Assembly (NCBI GenBank): GCA_965112155.1
Contig: OZ218102.1
Strand: one strand, 5' to 3'
DNA from: Podarcis liolepis
Lineage: Eukaryota
Length of the DNA stretch: 64,000 bases
How positions within the stretch are numbered: the first letter of the stretch is position 1; the number at the start of each line of letters is the position of its first letter. Below are positions 12,534 to 25,033 of this stretch, piece after piece. The notes under the pieces were generated by a model. That model did no database searches. It worked only from the letters and a program-made list of their open reading frames with translations, and had not been told where the DNA came from. The position numbers and the translations under genes are program-made.

Positions 12534-12722
12534 CTTAATTGCAGTGCCATGAAGTTTTTCCTCTGTGTTCTCCAAAGCTGATGCTATATACACTTCTTCC
12601 TCAAGAAGAACCTTGGTTGTTTCCAAGTGCTTCTGTGTGTCTTCCAGCTCTTTTTCCCTAACCTGCAGGTTTGTCTTGCACTTCTCCATTTCACTTTTAT
12701 GAACTGTGAATAATTCAGTGAC
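12534..12722 (-). CDS. KIF11: KIF11 exon 12 (VTELFTVHK...EEKLHGTAIK)
   Basis: Coiled coil; CAG| acceptor, AAG|GTTAAC donor. Confidence 0.92.
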
Positions 12723-13273
12723 CTGAAATTGAAAGTAATCCAAAACAGTTAAAAAACACTTGAAAGAAATACTATGAGCTGTTAGAGCAGGGGTGGGGAA
12801 CATCTTTGACCCAGCTCTTTATTTCTCTCCCCCTAGGGTGAACTTTGTCAGGTGGGCGGGACCACCTGAAGGAAGGGACCCAGGGAAGGAAAAGCTTGCT
12901 GCTAATGATTATCGGAACAGCAAGCCATGGTTTGTTGTTGCATCTGAATGGAGATATTGTCAGACTGCTTCGTTACACTAGCTTCAACAAATTTAATTTG
13001 CATCTCACAGAAAAGCTTTCATGTGAACAAAAGTTGACAATGCTTTAAATATATTGAATCAAGTGAGTAAAGTACATTATTGTCTCCTTTTTCTTACCAA
13101 CATTGTTCATTCCTGGACATGCTGAACGCTGTTGGTTAAATGGGAACATGTCAATGCGAAGATGCTTTATTTTCATCTAGGTATTCTAAAGCTTTTTCAG
13201 GATGTAAACATATTACCCCTCCTTACTCCTCCCAAAAGGAGCCACGTAGACTAATAACAGTCTACCAACTTAC

Positions 13274-13361
13274 TCTTTTCAATTCTTCCTCCATTGCGCC
13301 AATTTTATCAATATATTCTGCAATTTGTTCCTCTTGAACTGTCAACTTCCCATTAAGAGCA
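13274..13361 (-). CDS. KIF11: KIF11 exon 11 ([29 protein letters not shown])
   Basis: In-phase coiled-coil exon; AGA|GTAAGT donor. Confidence 0.93.
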
Positions 13362-14379
13362 CTAAAATTAAAAAATTATAAAAAAATACGTATGGTGAAC
13401 ACTGAACAAGTTGACTCTGCCTGCGCAAGACAATTAAATATTTGTAAGAGCAAGGAAAGAAAGACATATCTGGAAACTCCCTGTTTAAATGCTATTATGA
13501 TTTTAAATTTCTTCTATCACTAATTATTGATACAGATTTCTTCTTAAGATATAGGAGCAGCCCATTTACAATGAAGTCTCTGAGATTAAACAAGTGCAAG
13601 TGGCCTGTAACTTATACTGTACTTTAGGCATTCTAATATATAGATAGGAGTGTGGTACTTAACACAAAATAATTATGTACAGGAATGTTGCCTAGGCAGC
13701 ATATTAGTCAAGCAGAACCTGCAACAAAACGTTTTAAGTGTATCACCTTCATGCTCCTTCAAGATGGTACAAACTGCAAAGGGGTTCACAGTGGTCGATT
13801 CATACTCCCCACCCCCACCTTTCCTTTTCCAACTGACACTCAGCAATCTGTGGCTGTCAAAGGCCACGGAACATGCTCGGTCATCATTGCGTTACTGTCA
13901 TTTTGGGGAATTTTTAAAGAAGCGTTTCACTCTTCTGCATTCCTTGGGTTTCACCAGAGCGTGCAGATGCCTCAATGGCACTGTTGCAGCTCCAACCCTG
14001 TTGGCACTCAATAACCTGAGTTCATTTTTAGAGGATATAAGCAAGACCCGAAACAAAACATCTCCGTGTACATTCACCTTCTACCATTCCATTTCATTCC
14101 TTCGCACGTGTTCCTATTTCTTCTTTTCTAACCATCACTCAATATCCATTAACTACTAAGCATGGCCTGTTCTCCCTGGGCTATTTGGGGGGGGGGTACT
14201 CTTAAAATTTTTTAAAAATAGATTGGATTTGTATAAAATCTTCTCATGTTGAAGCCTCCCTCTTGGCTTTTGGCACCAATCCTATTATCACTAACCACCT
14301 GAGTTCATGATTAGAGGAAGAAACGAAGATGCCATGCTAACCCACAGCGGCCAAGCTTTGCTGTTTTCAAAGTACTCAC

Positions 14380-14468
14380 TCATAGTTTTCCACAGAAATG
14401 TAGACACCGTTTTTCTCTCGTGCAGAAGTAAGATCTCGTTTCAAACGCTCAATCTCTTCCGTATATTC
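14380..14468 (-). CDS. KIF11: KIF11 exon 10 ([13 protein letters not shown]...KNGVYIS)
   Basis: Neck coil REKNGVY; CAG| acceptor, GA|GTGAGT donor. Confidence 0.95.
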
Positions 14469-14634
14469 CTGTTGAAACATCAGTACAGTGTTGTTACGTA
14501 TCCTCCAAGCTGACTGGCCTTTGCAAACCCCAATCTCAAGAGGTCTCGCATTGCAACTAATTGAACTAGATCTGCCCTGCAATGCAGTAGGTAAGATCTG
14601 AAGAGAACTTATACATAATAAAAGTATACTGAAC

Positions 14635-14730
14635 CTTAATGAGTGCCCGTTTCGTGAGTTTCTGGTTCACTTCAGGCTTATTCATGATATTTTTAGCCCT
14701 GTGGGCATATTCAAGAGTACTCAGAGTTTC
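14635..14730 (-). CDS. KIF11: KIF11 exon 9 ([24 protein letters not shown]...)
   Basis: Helix 6 and kinesin-5 neck linker NKPEVNQK. Confidence 0.96.
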
Positions 14731-15608
14731 CTGTTGTAGAAAAGATATAAAAGTGACAGATAAGTGTTTTCTGTTTCAGCCAGAGTCTTCCTATAAACAT
14801 ATAATCAATCTCCACTAGTCAATCCCAATGGGGAAAGTTGAATTTCTGTATATAGAAATGGCTTCTCACTCTGATCTGCTGTGCATTCTACCAACTTTAA
14901 TCAGCCCTGCCTACATCAGGCTCTAGGGCTGTAACTCCATTTAAAATAAATCATGGTTGACTAATCATTTGAGTTTTCAAGTTGACAAAATCTGCACATT
15001 TGTGTATGTCTAAATAACATGCATTTTAAAGAAAATTGGTATACAGATGATACACATGTCACAGCAACCACCAACTCAGAAGAAAAAGGAGAGTTGTGGC
15101 ACCATTAAAAAAATTACAAATTTTATTATGAAATTTGTTAGCCTTTAAGGTGCCATGTGACTCTGTTGTTTTTGCTTTAATAGGCTAACTTTCTCGAAAT
15201 CCTCCTGGAGGAGGCATTCCTGCTTGTGTCAGAGAGAAGGTGGTAGAAATCATTATCAGTTTCTAATAGTGATACAATTCTGTGATAGTTAATGTTTTTT
15301 GTATTAATTTTTTTAAGCCTCCTGCTCAATGGAGATGGAACCTTACTTAATTGAGAATTTTCAAGTTAATGTAGCTCTTTAATCAACCAAACACTGTAGC
15401 TTTACCAGCATCCTATCTCCTTTCATCCACAGCAATCTATACGTTCTGAGCCAGTTTTACAATGTTGTAGGAAGACTTAGATTAGCATGCCCTAACCCGT
15501 ACCCTGCAGCATACACAGAGTCTCCCTGGAATAGGTTAGGAGTCCAGTGATGAAGTCTTGGAAGGCCACCCAATCACTCAAGTTATCTTTGAAACAAGGT
15601 ACTTTTCA

Positions 15609-15902
<294 letters not shown>

Positions 15903-16714
15903 CTAGGTTAATAAGCTGTGACAGTCGTAGGTGAGACCTTACTTTCAAATTGTACAATAAGCCAACACAAGTAGTAAAGTGTGACCTACTTTTTGTGATG
16001 AGCCAAACTGTCCTGTGCTACATGCCTATCTGCTAGGCGTGCGTGCAGATCCCCAATCTGCCTTCTGCTGCCCTGGGGGTCACCCACCCTGGATCTGCCC
16101 CCAAAACAATTCCAGGGGCAGGACTAATGGTTTTAAGACCCAATTTTAACACAAATTTAAAATAGGTTTCAAACTAGAGCCAAGGGATGCAATGGCAACA
16201 CACAAGAGAACACCTTCTGCTTACCAGCTGGCACATCCAATTCTGTGCAGCAGCATCCACATGCCACAAAATTGATGCCGCTGCGACATTCAGTCTACCT
16301 TCTCCCATGAAGATGCAGCCACTGACCAGAGAAGTCTTGGCTCTTTCCCCATGGTATTTCCACCTTGCTTGTCTCTCCTTTCTGCCTGATGTCCTGCCCA
16401 TTCCTTGACACCCACAGATCATTCTGGGCCCACCCAACCAAACTTGCAGCAATGAGTGGTTTTTGTGCCCGACATTGGAGGCCCTCTTAATATGCTCCAT
16501 TTGGCTCTGGATTCAGGCCTTGGGCAAGTCTGGTGCACTGCCCTAGCACCTATGGTCTCTTAAGACATGCATTTTAAGCAGATCACTTTGTTAAAACATT
16601 CAGTAAGAGTTTTCAGTTTTCAAAGCAGCACTGTGTCCCGCACCCCCACCCCTCATTTTTTGTTGCTCCTAAATATAATCTCTTCTTGGGTTAATCCCAA
16701 GGATGAGCACCTAC

Positions 16715-16805
16715 CAAGTTTAGCTTCCCAATTTTAACAAGCTCTTCACCATCTGTTGTCGTTTCTTTCATGTGTAGCGTGACAGAGAACACAGAATGGG
16801 AGCGA
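16715..16805 (-). CDS. KIF11: KIF11 exon 7 ([14 protein letters not shown]...GKLNL)
   Basis: Switch I SSRSH completed across the junction; AG/GT boundaries. Confidence 0.95.
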
Positions 16806-18258
16806 CTGCAAATAGAGTGAAGCATTTCAGATAAATATTTCAATGGACATTTAAACACACGCACACAGGCCCAGCATTCACTTACATCACGTCAACTCAA
16901 AGTAGAAGGTAAATGAGCTCATTTTACAGATTTTCTTCAACTTAGAATATGTGCTGCCACAAACAGCAGGCCAGAACTATTCTACCACTGCATTTTCCAA
17001 ACTCTGTAAATCTCCCAGCTACAGTACAGCACCTTCTCTTTCACAAAGCTTCATTAATAAAGCCTTTTGTTTCTTATTGCAAGTAGGGCTGCAGGAAGTA
17101 CTCTGTGTTGGTCTCTCTGGCGCCACCTGCTGGCTTCCTGCCTCCAATGCGTTCTTCCATATAAGTGGGCAGAAAGTTCAAGGCCTGATTTAAACTGTTA
17201 GATGGGACCCTTATGGGGGCATAGAACTTGGAAAGGGAGAAGGCTTATGGGTCATGGGAAAAACTGCATCGAAAGGTAGCTTGAGCCTTCTTTCCCCACT
17301 AGCCAAAACCTGGGTGGCTAGTAGCAGACTCCCACTGATCCACACTGGATTTGTGAGGGTGACATGAGCTTGTGTTGTCGCCTCATTCAAATGCAATTTT
17401 CAAAGAATTGAGTTCAGAAAGAGTTCTTATGCTTCCTTGTGAGAAAATACAAAGAAACAGGACAACCAAACTGCTGTGAAAATGAAGGACTGTAAGCTCA
17501 ATAGTATAGTACATTCTTAATACAAACGCTCCCAGGTTCAATCCTCGGTATAGCCTGTCTAAAAACCCCACAGAACTGCTTCCTTGCACTGAGCTAGATG
17601 GACCAGTGGTCTGATTCTACATAACCCAACTTCCTATAATATTTTCTACAAAAACTCAACCAAATAAGACAGATGTAACACTAAGTAGTGGAGCACTTGA
17701 TTGTTCTCCTGCTGTAGCAACTGCAACACACTGTGCTAAATGCCCTATGATTTTTAACTGTATTTTTATTGCTTCTTTTATTTCTTATGTGGAATTTTAT
17801 TGTGTTATAATTTGCATTCCACAGAATTCAAAATCAAATATATTTTCCTTGGATGACAAGGGAGTACATAAACTTATGAAATAAAAATGAATAAAATAAA
17901 TAATTTTATGTTATATTGTTGTAACCTGCTCTAGGTGATTATGGTAAACCTTATAAATTAATAACCTTCAAAGGTGGAGGTAACTGGAGCAATGTGTTTA
18001 ATGAATCCTGCAGCAGACAAGGACCTCATAATCCAAAACATGGGGGGGGGGCTTGCCTAAGGGAACTATTGGATATAATTCTTACATATTAGAATCATAG
18101 AATTGTGGAGTTGGAAGGGACCTGCTGTCCCATACCAAGATCAAACCTGGCATTATCAGAACCATGCTCTAACCAACTGAGCTAGCTAGGGGTTTTTCTT
18201 TTTTTCTTTACCAATACCATGAACGAACAAAATGCTTCTCATGGAGACATGTTTCTTA

Positions 18259-18387
<129 letters not shown>

Positions 18388-18403
18388 TCACAACAAAATG
18401 CTA

Positions 18404-18664
<261 letters not shown>

Positions 18665-18831
18665 CTATAATTAAAAGTAAAGAAACACAGCATACCAGCA
18701 TTAACTGGTTTTCTTTTTTGGAGTTTAGGAAGCTGACACAAGAATGCTAGCATGAGCATACACCTTTAAAATGCAAGTGTGTCCAATACAATCCATTATA
18801 TATGGTTTTATGCTGGAGACAGTGAAAATAA

Positions 18832-19290
18832 TGTTATGAGTTTGAGGTGGTTAGGCTATATTCCTGAGCCCCACATCCAATTCCTGGATCCATTACAATT
18901 CAATTGCTGGAATAGCCAGGCCAGCCTGGTAATGGCCTGCTAAGTATGAGCTGTTAAGGGAACAAAGGGAGTGGCTGTGTCAGAGGGCAAATGTGTGTGC
19001 CTCCTTCCCTGGTTAATTAGAAAGACAAAAGGCCTGAGTTTAGAGTTGAATTGCAGTGATGTGACCTAGACCTAAAGCAAAAGAGTCAGAGCAATGTTTG
19101 ATTTTTGTTGGAATCCAAAACTGTGGCTATGAGAGAAGCAAGACTTTATTTGGGTGGTAATGCTAGGAACCCCCTCAGGTTCCTGTATGTGTAAATAAAC
19201 CATGTATCACCAGTCTCCACTATGCCTCATTCCAAACGGAAACATAAGTGCCTAGAATCTTGCACCACTTGGAGAGGGGTGTGTGTGTAT
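18832..19290 (+). mobile_element. Possible solo LTR in KIF11 intron 4
   Basis: Starts TGTTATG, AATAAA at 19194-19199, LTR-like layout; right end uncertain. Confidence 0.45.
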
Positions 19291-19361
19291 TTTCCAGGAA
19301 GACTTCCTTCCAAATAAACATGCATAGGATTCTGCTGTTTTGTTAATTCCTCATATTTTAC

Positions 19362-19440
19362 CTCTTCCCATGTGTATTCTTCATTAGGTGATCTCTCCCC
19401 TTCCATAGTGAAGGTCTTTCCTGTTCCTGTTTGACCATAG
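19362..19440 (-). CDS. KIF11: KIF11 exon 4 (P-loop [14 protein letters not shown], loop 5)
   Basis: Walker A motif; TACAG| acceptor, GAG|GTAAAA donor. Confidence 0.97.
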
Positions 19441-19520
19441 CTGTACAAAGGAATTTGGAATGTTAACTTCAAGAACATAGATATAGATGGAGTTAGAAGA
19501 AAAATAAATATGATACTCAC

Positions 19521-19618
19521 GCAAACACTGTACAGTTGTAACCCAAAAGAACTTCATTCAAAATCGGGCACACAACACTCCGGTACACATCAATTTGTTT
19601 AGCCTGAGCTCCAAAAAC
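19521..19618 (-). CDS. KIF11: KIF11 exon 3 ([33 protein letters not shown])
   Basis: CAG|GTT acceptor, GC|GTGAGT donor; kinesin GYNxTxFA motif. Confidence 0.95.
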
Positions 19619-19847
19619 CTGCAGAGTTCATACAAGGCATCATTGCTACATGTTTTTCAGTTATGAAACAGGAACTCTCCAACTTGCCACATAATTTCAC
19701 CAGTGTCAGAATTATATTCTGATTTAGCTACAGATTCTCATCTCCCAGCCTGTCATCTCATGCCATTTGCACCTGCTTCCCCCCAAGAAGAGTGGTAAAA
19801 GTTCCAATTGTTTTCCAATCAAGAGAAATTTTTGTGGTGTAGCAGTC

Positions 19848-19960
19848 AGTGTGGTGGTGTAGTAGTTAGTGTTGAACTAGCACTTGGGAGACCAGAATTA
19901 TAATCCCCTCAGCCATAAAACCCACTGGGTGACATTGGGCCAGTCACAACCTTGAGTTAC
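19848..19960 (+). repeat. tRNA-derived SINE head (related copy at ~27190-27300)
   Basis: Degenerate A box GTGTAGTAGTTAG and shared CAGCCAT.AAA..CACTGGGT.AC.TTGGGCCA.TCAC segment. Confidence 0.6.
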
Positions 19961-21316
19961 CTGAAGGAAAGATGTGAAAGAAAAGTAATAAAAGGAACTT
20001 TTCCTTATTAAAGATTGTTTTAAATGAGTTTGGTGGTAAGCACCCATTGTTTAGGAAAGATATCGACCAAATCAAAGGTTTTCAAGGAAATGGGTGTTTT
20101 GGAGAATCTAGGACTTTTCTAAAATAAAGCTGAGGTTTTGTACTTAACCTTTAATATGTAGGCACCGTCTACCAGTAATTCCATGCAGACATGTGAGCAA
20201 GCTGGTGAAGGGGGAACAGATCACTCATCTGTCCTCTTGCTTTCTATGGTAGGCATTGGGGAAGGGAGTGGGAGGAAATACTTTTGTTCCACATTCAGTA
20301 AGTATGCTGGTAGAAGGAAGATGGAGTGAGTCATCCCTCTTCCTGCAGTCCAGGTAGGCTAAGCACTTTTGGGGCTTGCTTACAAGGTTGTGCTAGGAAG
20401 CCATCCTCTCCCCCACAAATCTGAAATAAATACCCATTTTCTATGGACATTTCATGTTCTACAGGCAACTTAAATAAGGCTGATCAGGTAGGTTACCTGT
20501 TACATGACAAGAGATTTGCCACTCCCACCTACCTCTTAATTCTTCCCAGTGTAAAAGACTTTTTAAAAAAACAAACCACTTCCTATCCATATAGTATTTG
20601 CAAATAATTTGTAAAGCTAGTTCAATTTATATTATTCCACAACAGAAAGTGCCGCATACTAGCTCAAGAAGTATGCTCATTCAGACGTGACGCTCACTTA
20701 GGGCTCAGTGTTCTGTGAATGAGCATCGGCCTCATATGCTTCTCGCATTTTCTTCCTCTGGTGCAACTGTGCTGGAAACTGTTGCCTCCATTTTTCACTA
20801 AGTGTGGTTTATGATCATGTCTGAACCCCAATAAATCATGAGTCTTAACTATAGTTTAGAGAAAGCAGCCAACTTCAAACTAAAGTTTATGGCTCTGGCT
20901 TGGTTCCCTATACCACCGTCAAGACTAACTTCAGTTTCATAGTTTAAAAATGGGGGGAAAGCTTCTGATCTCCTTTTCACAGCTGTACCAGTAGAGTAGA
21001 ACAGATGGGAAACACACAAGGGCCAAGGTAGGCAACACTAAATCAAATTGTTACATTATGTTCAAATCAGATATGTCCACCTGGTCCTAGTATTATCTTG
21101 TGCAGTATCTACTTAGATTGGAAATGAATCCTTAGGGTCTTAAGGCAAAAGGACTGTCTAACCAGTTGTACCTTATCCCAATGTCAGGGATCAAACCTGG
21201 ACTCTTCTGCATACCAAGAATATGCTCTATTCTGAGCTATGATTCCTGCCCTAAATTCTCAAAACTGATAAGATAGCTAAGACATGCTAGGAAGCCAACC
21301 AAATAGTGATACTTAC

Positions 21317-21449
21317 CATATCAAATGTGTATGTTTTCTTTGTTGTTTTATCCATCACCCCTCCAGTGCGAACTGAAATTTCTTTCTTTCCATTTTCACA
21401 CTCCACCACAGAATAGGAGTTAGATTTGCGCTCAGCTGCATTGAAGGGC
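21317..21449 (-). CDS. KIF11: KIF11 exon 2 (RPFNAAERK...TYTFDM)
   Basis: Acceptor TTTTTTAAG|G, donor ATG|GTAAGT; 133 nt in phase. Confidence 0.95.
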
Positions 21450-21544
21450 CTTAAAAAAAGGTAAGAGTTGATCTCAAATTGCATATGCACTAGTCTAGCT
21501 CCAAGCAAACACAAGGCTGACAAGATTGTAGACAGTGGATATGC

Positions 21545-21805
21545 TACTTTCAGATGTCTTCTAAAAGTTGTGTTGTTCTTTATCTCCTTGACAACTGATG
21601 GGAGGGCATCCCACAGGGTGGGTGCCACTACTGAGAAGGCCCTTGGAGCTAGACCTCAGTCTCCGGGCTGAATGGGGGTTGAGATGATCCGTCAGGTATA
21701 CTGGACAGAGGCCGTTTAAGGCTTTAAAGGTCAGCACCAACACTCTGAATTGTGCTCAGAAATGTACTGGGAGCCAATGTAGGTCTTTCAGGACCGGTGT
21801 TACGT
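21545..21805 (-). mobile_element. L2-clade LINE ORF2 3' fragment
   Basis: [36 protein letters not shown], typical of the L2 C-terminus. Confidence 0.75.
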
Positions 21806-23699
21806 AACCCTGACCCTCCCCGCTTAAGAACAGAATACAAACTATATAAAATAGAAACTAATTAAAAAATAAAACAAAAAACAATTCAGTTATACTAAAA
21901 ATTAAACTAATTCCCAGGCCCAACAAAACATTAATCCCACCCCCAACAGAGCAAAAAGTAGACCATAAAACCAAAATTTAAAACAAGATAAATTAAAAAA
22001 CTATTTAAAACATTTGAAAGCATTTTTTACATTTGCCCCAACCCCAGAGTTTGTTCCAGTGAGCCTGGGCTCTTCAGCATTCACAACAGGGCAGTGACCC
22101 TCCAGCCTCCAGGAGTCCCTGAAATAGGGCAAGGTGAGCCGGGGCCCTTTCCACCTAGGACAGATAGAAAGGGCCTTGTAGGGAGCAGCCTTCAGCACTA
22201 ACACCTTGAACACTGAATTATGAACGCAATATATGCAGGTTTTATGCTGAAATTTGGTTTTGCTGAACTAGCTTTGACAAGTTTAAGAAATGTCAATTGT
22301 ACACAATAAAAATGGGGAAATGTTGGACTTAATCACCTACAGTGATGTGGGATTCTTGGAAAATCTGGAATTGTGGAAAGTTTTCCAATGCCCTAAATCC
22401 ATTGAGATTCAATACAGCATATTTGCTATGGTTATTTAGAGAGGATAACTAAAAAGTATGCTATGCATTTAGGTGATGAATCAGTATCTCATCCTGCCCC
22501 CCAACAGAAGTATTATGACTGAAATAAGTGACTAAGAAAATATCAAGGATACAATTTGATTTAAATGTTATAGGTAAGCATATTTACACTATACTTGAAA
22601 TTAAATTGTCCCAAGCAATCAGATAGTGGAAACTGAATTGCTGAAGATTGTCTCCACCTTAAAAAAAGAATCTTATTTTCTATGCCAAGCTAGAAAAAAT
22701 GACTCATCTCATCTCTTTCACTTTGTTCTTAATGAACTGATAGCTTTTCTATTGACATGCACTACTTAAACCTCTTGGGAAGAGGAAAGAGGGAATAAAA
22801 GATGGCATAACAAAAGAGGCACAATGCTTTTTTTTCTTTTTTAAGCAGATAATGCAAGACAGTCATCACCACTGTCTACAGCAGGCTATTTAATTTCAGC
22901 TCCCATTATTCTTGTCCACTGACCCTGCTAGTTGGCAGTGGTGCCAACTTTAATAAAATATTGGGGGAGGGAACAGGTAAGCTGCACCCGGCATAAGCAA
23001 TCACATGTCACGGTGCATACAGCATTTGAATGGCAATGTCTTGGGGGGGGGGCTGGCCCATCAAATATTTTATTGGGGGGCTGAAGACCCCTTGGCTGCT
23101 ATGCTAGCTGGGTCTGATAGGAGCTGGAACCTAATAACATCCGGAGGAGCATGTGTTGGCCACACATCAGCCTTCCTTAGGTTTGACATACGAAATTTAC
23201 AAAGCAAAAAGAGCTGGGAACTTATTCCAACATTATGATTAATATGCATCAAGGAAGAAACAGGATCTACAAATCCCAACGCAACTTAATGCATAAAAAC
23301 TGCAAATGTGTAGGTTCTGTCTGCAAGATCAAGGATCTTGCTTTCTCCCCACAAAGTATCCAGTAATTGCTAAGCTAAAGTATAACTGATCCTGAATATA
23401 CAACCTCTTGTTTAAAGATATGTAAGTAAGCCGACTGCTGGATCAGACCGAGGCTGAACATTCTCCGTAAAAATGCCAGCAATCAACAGGAGATGGACCT
23501 GGACCAACCACGGGGAAGATGACCAGCTACCAACCCGAGGACCACCACCAACCTTCTGCCCAAACCTACAAAACACTGGGGGAGGGGGAGGTTTCTTCAA
23601 CAACAACAGAACCCTGTATGCATATTCAGATGTCCCACTGCGCTGCCAAGCCAGTGCGCCCAGGACCGCAGTCTTTAGCACCCAACCTCTTTGAATTTC

Positions 23700-24560
23700 A
23701 CCATCGCCGACAACGCCTAGAAAAAGGATCTCTTCGATACCCGAAGCATCCACAACAACACCATCGCGGGGGGATCAAGCCTAGTGAGAAGCCAGCGAGG
23801 CTTACATGCACAAGATCGAGAAAGGCGCCTAATTTGGCTTCCGCAGCTAATCCCCCATATTTATTTTCGTTTTTATTTTGCAGGACCCCCCCCCCGCCGC
23901 GCTCACCTGCATCTGACCACCACTTGGATGTTTTTGCCCTTCTCGTCCTTCTTGCCCCCACCACCCGCTGAACTCATGTTCAGGCCGGTGCAGGGAAGAC
24001 CCCGACGCGGGCGGAGCGGAGGAAGGGAAGGGAAGGGAGGCGGCCGCTCGAGTCCCGTTTCGTCTTTAACGGCTGCGGGAGGGGGGTCCCCGCACTTGCG
24101 AGCTCCACCGGCTGGCCGAAACGCCCGCGAGAGATGGAGAAAAAGAGCCGCCGGCTCCCGGAGGAAAGAGAAGCGCTTCGGACCGGCGAATGTCAAGAAG
24201 AACCGCCTCAAACGAGACGCGCGCCCAAAGCGCCTCCACACTCGCCTACTTTGAACGACTCGCTCCTTCGCGCCTCGGCCAATCAGCGCGAAGGGAGGAG
24301 GCGCGCAGGGCAACACGGGACTTTTTCTCCCTCTTTTCGTTTATTATTTCCTCCCAGGAAGCGGACTTACGTTTTTGACTGCGTGATCCGGCGACGCAAG
24401 GATCAAAATGAAACATAGACCACTAATGTAAGAGCAGTCCGTTCCCGTTTTGTAGAAAGGACTTCTGGGCTACTTCTGACGCGAACCTCATTAGTCATTA
24501 GTCTAATACAGTACAGATATCTCTTCCTCCCACGCCCGGCAAAAGCCTGTGGCAAGATTT
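23700..24560. promoter_or_regulatory. KIF11 CpG-island promoter with CHR (TTTGAA 24250-24255), CCAAT box (24279-24283) and E2F-like TTCGCGC sites
   Basis: High CpG density around exon 1; motif set typical of G2/M DREAM/MuvB targets. Confidence 0.75.
23907..23977 (-). CDS. KIF11: KIF11 exon 1 (MSSAGGGGKKDEKGKNIQVVVRC)
   Basis: ATG at 23977-23975; donor AG|GTGAGC; Eg5-type N-terminus. Confidence 0.95.
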
Positions 24561-25014
24561 AAAACAAAATAAAATGTCAGGCTGAGATTTGGTGGCAAAG
24601 TGTTTACAGCAAAGGCAGGAGTTTGTGCACAGGTCTTTACGCTGTATGAAAAAAAAAATGTATGTATGTATGGGAAGCGCATTCCAGCCTCTGGACCTGA
24701 GCCGCGGTAAGAAGACCATTTCTCACATTTCAAAGGAAAAAAGAATCGGGAGACGCATCTCTGCTGGAAATATTCGTGTATAACACCAGGACTGGCAAGT
24801 GTGAACACTTGATCCCAAGCAAACGCTCGGTTATTCGGTGGTCCTGTGCGGAAGCTGCGCAGCATTACTTCTGCAGACAGACACTCTTCTGTTTTAGTCA
24901 TCTCACGGAGTAAAAATAGAAATTTCCAAATAGGGAAACTACTGGCTGTTGCTCTAATTGTTTATCTCTATGTTTAGTGATTTGTAAAAGCACCGTCAGT
25001 TTAATGACAACAGG

Positions 25015-25033
25015 GCATGCTGGGAGTTGTAGT
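25015..25033 (-). promoter_or_regulatory. ZNF143/SBS-type motif ACTACAACTCCCAGCATGC
   Basis: Close match to the long ZNF143 motif near the KIF11 promoter; similar motifs also occur inside squamate repeats. Confidence 0.45.

Noticed and set aside
23412-24418. Several ORFs over 100 aa, including an in-frame upstream extension of KIF11
   Set aside because: Stop codons are scarce in CpG islands; there is no upstream in-frame ATG, and only 23977-23907 matches KIF11
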